A stretch of DNA of 32,000 nt, from NCBI RefSeq assembly GCF_000025505.1, contig NC_013849.1, positions 1,530,001-1,562,000 on the forward strand, in the 5' to 3' direction. The notes below the pieces were generated by a model. That model saw only the letters and a list, made by a program, of their open reading frames with translations. It did no database searches and was not told the DNA's origin. Position numbers and translations under genes: made by a program. Positions 26,687 through 32,000 of the stretch are shown one piece after another; the first letter of the stretch is position 1; each line of letters opens with the position of its first letter. This DNA is from Ferroglobus placidus DSM 10642 (GTDB lineage: Archaea > Halobacteriota > Archaeoglobi > Archaeoglobales > Archaeoglobaceae).

Positions 26687-27068
26687 TTCGAACATTTTTA
26701 TTTATACAATTTTGTATTCAGGTGATGCAGCGGAAAAGTCGAGAGATTTTCTAAGAAAAGCAGCCGAAGGTGAGTACAAAGCATATACTTCGTCTCTCGT
26801 TTGGGATGAGGTCGTTTATGCTGTAAGGAAAGTTGCTGGACTGAAAGAGAGCATTAAAGCTGGTGAAATTTTGCTTAAGTTGCCCTTTATTGAGTTTCTT
26901 AGCGTTGATTATGCCGTATGCGAAAAAGCTCAGAAACTCGTGGAAAACTACGGTATTTTGCCACGGGATGCTATCCACGCTTCTTTAGCTTTAAAATACT
27001 GTGAAGGAGTCATCATAAGTAACGACTCCGATTTTGATATTATCAAAGGTTTGAAGAGAGTCTTTTGA
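26658..27068 (+). CDS. vapC: PIN-domain ribonuclease toxin (VapC)
   Basis: The four acidic positions lie in YIDSNIF, WDEVVY, PRDAIHA and SNDSDFD. The ATG at 26658 is preceded by AAGAGG and the gene overlaps the vapB 3' end. Confidence 0.88.
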   Translation: MEKLKIAYIDSNIFIYTILYSGDAAEKSRDFLRKAAEGEYKAYTSSLVWDEVVYAVRKVAGLKESIKAGEILLKLPFIEFLSVDYAVCEKAQKLVENYGILPRDAIHASLALKYCEGVIISNDSDFDIIKGLKRVF

Positions 27069-27130
27069 ACAAATCACTCAAATTGTCTCTGAAGGTTACG
27101 CCAAAAAGTTAGGATATACGTGTTTTCGCG

Positions 27131-27166
27131 GGAAAAATTGTTAAAAGCAAGAAATTTCAAAAGTGA
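27131..27166 (+). repeat. Direct repeat copy B: an orphan copy of the trm56 3' end
   Basis: ggaaaaattgttaaaagcaagaaatttcaaaagtga lies exactly 780 bp downstream of copy A. It is followed by a 12-nt tandem duplication, aaagtgaaagga, at 27160-27171 and 27174-27185. Confidence 0.9.
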
Positions 27167-27223
27167 AAGGAAGAAAGTGAAAGGATAACTATTAAATAAC
27201 TCTAAGATTAGAGTTTATAACCA

Positions 27224-27901
27224 ATGCTCACCTCTGAAGTATATTTAGTTGAGGGTTTGACCCTCTTCGTACTGTCATGCTTGACAATGAATACTCTCTT
27301 CAGCGAAGGTGCTAAAGATTATCTAAATTCGAGGTACGAGTTAGCGTACAAAATAGCTTATCTAACTTCATTTATTTTCGTTTTAACGTGGATTTCCGGG
27401 ACGCTTTATTTTTTCTTCTCATCCACAGTAACGAGGTACCTGATGATTCTTTCCTCTGAAATATTCTGGATCGTTGCTCTTTCTATCAACCTGATGATTC
27501 TGAGAGACCTCTGGGTTAACGCCGGAGCGAGGTTTAATTATAAAATGGAGTACCTGAACATAATCTTTTATCTTGCCACTCTCTGGCTCCTTTCCTATCA
27601 CATCTCCATGTCCTACATGCTCCTTGCGATTCTATCAACTGTCAGCTCCGTAATAATTCTCTACTTCACCGCTCTGCTGAGGAAATATATAAGCCTGATT
27701 GGGGTGTTCGTGATTCCGGTAGACGTTTACAAGTTTTTCCTTTCCTTTGTCGTCGTCTCAGCGATGTTCTCTCTGATTCTTTTAGCGAGAACCGTAGGAA
27801 TTCATTCGTATTTGTTCTTCGTAATCTTGATATACGTCTTCGTGATATTCGTTCTTCTCTCCCTCATAAAAGAGCTTAAACCTCTCATCTCCAAAGCGTA
27901 A
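27224..27901 (+). CDS. Polytopic membrane protein of unknown function, paralog 2
   Basis: 225 aa with about 6-7 helices. It is collinear with ORF 23936-24637, sharing motif blocks D[FY][IL]N[HS]R, Y.A..WL[IL]S.H[IV] and YI.L....[IV]P[IV]D[LV][FY]. Confidence 0.7.
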   Translation: MLTSEVYLVEGLTLFVLSCLTMNTLFSEGAKDYLNSRYELAYKIAYLTSFIFVLTWISGTLYFFFSSTVTRYLMILSSEIFWIVALSINLMILRDLWVNAGARFNYKMEYLNIIFYLATLWLLSYHISMSYMLLAILSTVSSVIILYFTALLRKYISLIGVFVIPVDVYKFFLSFVVVSAMFSLILLARTVGIHSYLFFVILIYVFVIFVLLSLIKELKPLISKA

Positions 27902-27933
27902 ACGTATTTATTCGGCAAAGTTATCTCTTTTCT

Positions 27934-29331
27934 GTGTCCTCGATAATGGTTGCCGGAACTTCGAGCAGCGCTGGGAAAAGCGTAATCGTCGCAGCTTTGT
28001 GCAGAATTTTGTCTAAAAGAGGGTACTCGGTCGCTCCCTTCAAAGCCCAGAACATGAGCCTGAATTCGTACGTTACGAAAAATGGAAAGGAGATCGCGAT
28101 AGCTCAAGCTTATCAAGCTCTTGCTGCCGGAATAGAGCCAGATGAGAGGATGAATCCGATTTTGCTAAAACCTAAGGGAAATTTCAGATCGCAGCTGGTT
28201 GTGTTGGGAGAAGCTGTTAAGGATGTTTCGATAAAGGAGTATTACGGCGAACTCGAATGGCTGAAAAAAGTAGTTGAAGATGCCTATAAAAGCCTGAAAG
28301 AGGAGTTCGACGTCGTCGTTGTAGAAGGGGCTGGAGGTTTTGCAGAGATAAACCTCTTCGAGAAAGACCTCGCAAACATTTTCACCGCGAGAATTGCGAA
28401 GCCAAAAATTATTATTGCTGCTGACATAGAGAGAGGTGGTGCTTTTGCTTCATTATACGGAACCTACTCCCTCCTCCCGGAAGACGTAAGAAAGCTCGTG
28501 GTCGGCTTTATCATAAACAAGATGAGGGGGGACAAGTCTCTTTTAAATTCCGGAATTGCCGAGCTGGAGAGGCTTACAGGGACGAAATGCTTCGGAATAA
28601 TTCCGCATGCTGGCTTCAACATCTTCTCCGAAGATTCGCTGAGCTTGGAGGAATGGGAAAACGACGGAGTTGTTGGAGTTTTAAGGCTTCCGAGAATTTC
28701 AAACTTCACCGACTTCGAGAAAATTAGAGAAGTCGTAAAAATCGTTAATTTAAAAGAGGATCTGAACGATTTGGAAGCGCTGATAATCCCCGGAACTAAG
28801 GAAACTATAAGGGATTTGAAGGAAGTTAAAAAGTTCGGAATGGACGAAAAGATTAGAAGGTTTGCAAAAAACAAACCCGTCATAGGGATTTGCGGAGGCT
28901 TTCAAATTCTCGGGAAGGAAATCGTGGATGAAGGGGTCGAATACGGAAAAGCGAAAGTTAAAGGACTCGGGTTAATTGATGCGGTAACCTTCTTCAAAGA
29001 ATTCAAAAAGAGGACGGTGCAGGTGGAGAAGAGGGTGACGAGAGACGTTGCCATTCTCGATAAAATAAAGGGGGAGAAGGTTAGAGGATACGAGATACAC
29101 ATGGGCGTGACTAAAGCCAAGAATCCGGTTTTCGAGGACGACGGCGGATCGAGCGAAGACGGTTTGGTTTGGGGAACTTATCTGCACGGACTGTTTTTGA
29201 ACGATAACGTTAGAAAAGCTCTCTACGACTACCTCGGGATAATATTTAAAGAAGAAACAGACGAGTTCGAAAAATTCGTGGATATTTTTGAAAAAAGCGT
29301 GGATATCGAAAGAATAATCGAGCTGATTTAG
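27934..29331 (+). CDS. cobQ: Cobyric acid synthase
   Basis: The N-terminal P-loop is GTSSSAGKSVIVAALCR. The C-terminal glutamine amidotransferase domain has GICGGFQILG and GYEIHMG. The start is GTG 27934 or ATG 27946. Confidence 0.92.
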   Translation: MSSIMVAGTSSSAGKSVIVAALCRILSKRGYSVAPFKAQNMSLNSYVTKNGKEIAIAQAYQALAAGIEPDERMNPILLKPKGNFRSQLVVLGEAVKDVSIKEYYGELEWLKKVVEDAYKSLKEEFDVVVVEGAGGFAEINLFEKDLANIFTARIAKPKIIIAADIERGGAFASLYGTYSLLPEDVRKLVVGFIINKMRGDKSLLNSGIAELERLTGTKCFGIIPHAGFNIFSEDSLSLEEWENDGVVGVLRLPRISNFTDFEKIREVVKIVNLKEDLNDLEALIIPGTKETIRDLKEVKKFGMDEKIRRFAKNKPVIGICGGFQILGKEIVDEGVEYGKAKVKGLGLIDAVTFFKEFKKRTVQVEKRVTRDVAILDKIKGEKVRGYEIHMGVTKAKNPVFEDDGGSSEDGLVWGTYLHGLFLNDNVRKALYDYLGIIFKEETDEFEKFVDIFEKSVDIERIIELI

Positions 29332-30362
29332 CAAACTCTCGGAACCGGATCCATCACTGGAGGCGGAACGACTTTCATCGTTCCTATCCTCGTTTTCATA
29401 ACGACTTCGCTAAACTCTTTTGTTGTGTAGCCGATTATTTCCGCATTTTCGTCGAATTTTTTCAAAACCTGAAGAACTTCATCTGCCAAATCTTTTACGA
29501 CAGTCATAACAACTTTCCCTTCGTTAGCCATCGAAAGGGGATCAATACCGAGGGTTTCGCAGACGAATTTGACGTCCTCTCTTATCGGAATCTTTTCCTC
29601 TTCAACGAGGATTCCTACTCCGCTCTTCTCAGCTATCTCGTTTAAAGCGTTAGCCAGTCCTCCTCTCGTCGGATCTTTCATCGAAGTTATTCCGCCGACT
29701 TTCAAAGCTTTCCTTACAAACTTCCAGACTGGATAAACGTCCGAGGAAACGTCGATTTCGAAGTTTAGACTTTCTCTTTCGAGAAGGATCGTTAATCCGT
29801 GCTCTGCTACGTTTCCGCTAACGATTACCGCCTCTCCTTCCTTAGCTCCCTTGTCTCTAATCCACCTGAAGGGATACTCTCGATAACTTCTCACAGCTTC
29901 GAGGTTTTCTTCCAACTCTTCACTCCTCTCACCAACTCCTGTCGTGTTAATGAAAATCTCTATGTTCGCTTCGACTACTTTAGTATCTCCAGTTATGACC
30001 TTAACGCCAACTTCATCTTTCGCTTTTGAGATGTCCTCCATTATTCTTTCAAGCTTCTCGATTTCAAAGCCTTCTTGGACTATCAAACTCAAACTCATAT
30101 AGCTCGGCTTAGCTCCGACAACAGCAAGATCGTTGGCTGTGCCGCAAACAGCTAATGATCCGATGCTCCCTCCCCTAAACAGCGGAGGCTTGACGGTGTA
30201 GCTGTCAGTGGTGAGAACGAAGTTTTCGGAAAAATCTGCGGAATCCTCCATGTCTTCGAGGGCTATTTCTCCAGCTTTCGACGAGATTTTTGGGAATACG
30301 TACTTCTTCAAAAATTCTGACATGTATTTTCCACCGGCTCCGTCCTCCCTCCTGACGATCAT
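29328..30362 (-). CDS. hypE: Hydrogenase maturation protein HypE
   Basis: AIR-synthase-like fold with the HypE-typical C-terminus ...PVPRVC. I prefer the ATG at 30362, which forms an ATGA overlap with the hypF stop, over the track start at 30416. Confidence 0.9.
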   Translation of the reverse strand: MIVRREDGAGGKYMSEFLKKYVFPKISSKAGEIALEDMEDSADFSENFVLTTDSYTVKPPLFRGGSIGSLAVCGTANDLAVVGAKPSYMSLSLIVQEGFEIEKLERIMEDISKAKDEVGVKVITGDTKVVEANIEIFINTTGVGERSEELEENLEAVRSYREYPFRWIRDKGAKEGEAVIVSGNVAEHGLTILLERESLNFEIDVSSDVYPVWKFVRKALKVGGITSMKDPTRGGLANALNEIAEKSGVGILVEEEKIPIREDVKFVCETLGIDPLSMANEGKVVMTVVKDLADEVLQVLKKFDENAEIIGYTTKEFSEVVMKTRIGTMKVVPPPVMDPVPRVC

Positions 30363-32000
30363 TCTATCACCTTCAAAGCGTAAACTTGCCCGAGAGAAAT
30401 CCCGTTGTCTCCGCACGCAACGAGCTCGTTCGTATAAAAATTTCTTCCTATCTCCTTCTGAAAGATAGAATTGTAAGCTACGCCTCCCGAAACTATGAGG
30501 GGAGCTTCAAATTCCGAGGCTATTTCGCTCAAGCCTCTTGCGAGGTAACTCATAATTTGATACGCTATTTTTCCCCTTCTCTCTCCGCTCAGATACCTTT
30601 TCAAAGCGTCTTCGAAAACTTCTCCTATTTTCAGAACTTTAACTTCTCCTCTCCTCCCTCTTCCGTCGAAAGGCGACGAAAATTTTGAGATTTCCCAAGA
30701 GGTTTCTATAATCGGATCGTAGTAATTCTCGCTTTCTTCAGCTACCGCTTCGAGCTTCATAGCCGGCTCACCTTCGTAGGTTCTTTCAAAACAGATTTCG
30801 AGCATCGCTGAAGCAGCGTCGAGAACTCTTCCGGCTGATGACGCTTCGACGACTCCGATCCTCTTTTTCAAAAGCTCCTCGAAAGTCTCGAAGCTCTCCC
30901 CTTTCTTCAAATACTTCTCGTAATATTTTAGTTCCTCCCAGCTGCCGGTTTGAGAGTAAATTATCGAGAAGAGAACTCTGAGGGGTCTTTCGACAGCCAA
31001 GTCTCCTCCGAGGAGATGGATCGTTTCGAGCCTACCGACCCTTTCGAACTCCATTGAGTCGAGGTTTATGTAGAGAACTTCTCCACCCCATATTTTTCCG
31101 TCCATCCCGTAACCTACTCCATCAACAGCAATAGCGATTGCCTCATCAATCTTCTTCTCAGCCATAACGCTGAAGGCGTGAGCGAAGTGGTGCTGAACTT
31201 TCAAAACCTCCGCTCCTATCTCCTCTCCAAACTTTTCGGCGAAGATGGAGGTGTTGTACAGTGGGTGCATGTCAGCTACTACAAATTCCGGCTTAAGGTC
31301 GAGGTAGTTTTTGAAGTGGAACAACGCTCTTTTGAAAAATTCGTTGAAGGTTTTGAAGTTCGCGGTGTTGCCGATGTACTGACTCATAACGGCTTTTCCT
31401 TCCTTTAAAAAGCAGAGGGAGTTGTAAAGCTCTGCTCCAACAGCAACAGCTTCGGATTTGATGTCCAGCTCAATAGGTTCTGGAACGAATCCGCGAGATC
31501 TTCTTATGATCATTCTTCTCCCGTTGACGAACTTCACGACGCTGTCGTCAACTCTGTTCGCTATCCTCATGTTGTGATTCAAAAAAGCGTCGTAGGGAAC
31601 TTTAAGCTCTTCGAAACTCGTCGCCATCGGCTCGCTGGGGAAGTTCGCAGAGGTCATAACAACGGCTTCAGCTTTTAAAAATTTGAAGAGAATGTAGTGC
31701 AAAGGTGTGTAGGGCAGCATTATCCCTATCGTATCGAGCTTTGGAGCCACAGCCTCAAGATCAACCCTCTTTTTACACACCAAAATCGGTCTTCTGAAAC
31801 TTTTAAGTTCTTCAATCTCCTCTTCGCTCAGCTCAGCAAGATTCTTTGCGGCTTCAATGTCTCTAACCATCACAGCAAACGGTTGCTGAGGGCGACGAAG
31901 TATCTTCCTAAGCTTCCAGACGATCTCGTTTTCGGTTAGGCAGGAGAGGTGTATTCCACCTATCCCTTTTATCGCAACGAAACTTCCGGAGTCTATCATT
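30359..32000 (-). CDS. hypF: Hydrogenase maturation carbamoyltransferase HypF, C-terminal about 546 aa (N-terminus lies outside the window)
   Basis: A YrdC-like region (FVAIKGIGGIHL) and a Kae1-like domain are present, and the protein ends in ...SGGVAYNS....CGDNGISLGQ. The acylphosphatase and zinc-finger N-terminal parts are absent from the window. Confidence 0.9.
   Translation of the reverse strand, partial: MIDSGSFVAIKGIGGIHLSCLTENEIVWKLRKILRRPQQPFAVMVRDIEAAKNLAELSEEEIEELKSFRRPILVCKKRVDLEAVAPKLDTIGIMLPYTPLHYILFKFLKAEAVVMTSANFPSEPMATSFEELKVPYDAFLNHNMRIANRVDDSVVKFVNGRRMIIRRSRGFVPEPIELDIKSEAVAVGAELYNSLCFLKEGKAVMSQYIGNTANFKTFNEFFKRALFHFKNYLDLKPEFVVADMHPLYNTSIFAEKFGEEIGAEVLKVQHHFAHAFSVMAEKKIDEAIAIAVDGVGYGMDGKIWGGEVLYINLDSMEFERVGRLETIHLLGGDLAVERPLRVLFSIIYSQTGSWEELKYYEKYLKKGESFETFEELLKKRIGVVEASSAGRVLDAASAMLEICFERTYEGEPAMKLEAVAEESENYYDPIIETSWEISKFSSPFDGRGRRGEVKVLKIGEVFEDALKRYLSGERRGKIAYQIMSYLARGLSEIASEFEAPLIVSGGVAYNSIFQKEIGRNFYTNELVACGDNGISLGQVYALKVIE

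Noticed and set aside
30363-30416. N-terminal 18-codon extension of hypE in the ORF track (MRRQRDFSRASLRFEGDR).
   Set aside because: It would overlap hypF by 58 nt. The internal ATG at 30362 forms the ATGA stop/start overlap typical of this genome and matches the usual HypE N-terminus.
1-32000. Search for CRISPR arrays, IS elements, integrases, rRNA genes or prophage genes.
   Set aside because: None seen. The only repeats I could verify by eye are the trm56-end duplication and the ABCE1 intragenic repeat.

Overview
The window looks like a compact, almost fully coding chromosomal segment of a thermophilic euryarchaeon. The evidence is an HMf-type histone, aTrm56, ABCE1, PriS plus GINS, eL42/eS27, a ThrRS with an archaeal-type N-terminal domain, many 4-nt ATGA gene overlaps, and TATA-like boxes about 25-28 nt upstream of start codons. 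An Archaeoglobales-like origin is only an inference from gene content. Most genes are housekeeping. In order they are: the moaC 3' end; two small unknown genes; a tetrapyrrole operon (hemA-hemB-hemL-hemC-SUMT); truA; a C-N hydrolase; an eS26-like zinc-ribbon protein; an ABC-2 transporter operon coupled to a multi-domain surface protein and divergent from a TrmB-family regulator; ABCE1; a DsbA-like oxidoreductase; an MBL hydrolase; thrS; a tight priS-gins-rpl44e-rps27e-ogg operon; a secreted/membrane protein; CoA-transferase subunits A and B; tRNA-Leu(GAG); a histone; trm56; a vapBC toxin-antitoxin pair; cobQ; and hypE/hypF. I saw no CRISPR array, transposase, integrase or rRNA. The observations worth a second look are listed here. 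(1) The vapBC cassette is bracketed exactly by a 36-bp direct repeat of the trm56 3' end, which looks like an insertion footprint. (2) A single in-frame TAG splits the signal peptide from the body of the transporter-coupled surface protein. (3) The Ogg2-type glycosylase gene has no canonical start codon and appears to begin at ATA within an ATAA overlap with the rps27e stop. (4) A perfect 64-nt repeat links the two nucleotide-binding domains of ABCE1. (5) Two divergent paralogous polytopic membrane proteins of unknown function flank the tRNA-histone-trm56-vapBC block. (6) The ABC operon and its TrmB regulator share a centred A/T tract in their intergenic region. I found no clear-cut novel multi-gene system. 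The transporter/surface-protein/TrmB module and the paralogous membrane-protein pair are the best candidates for undescribed biology.
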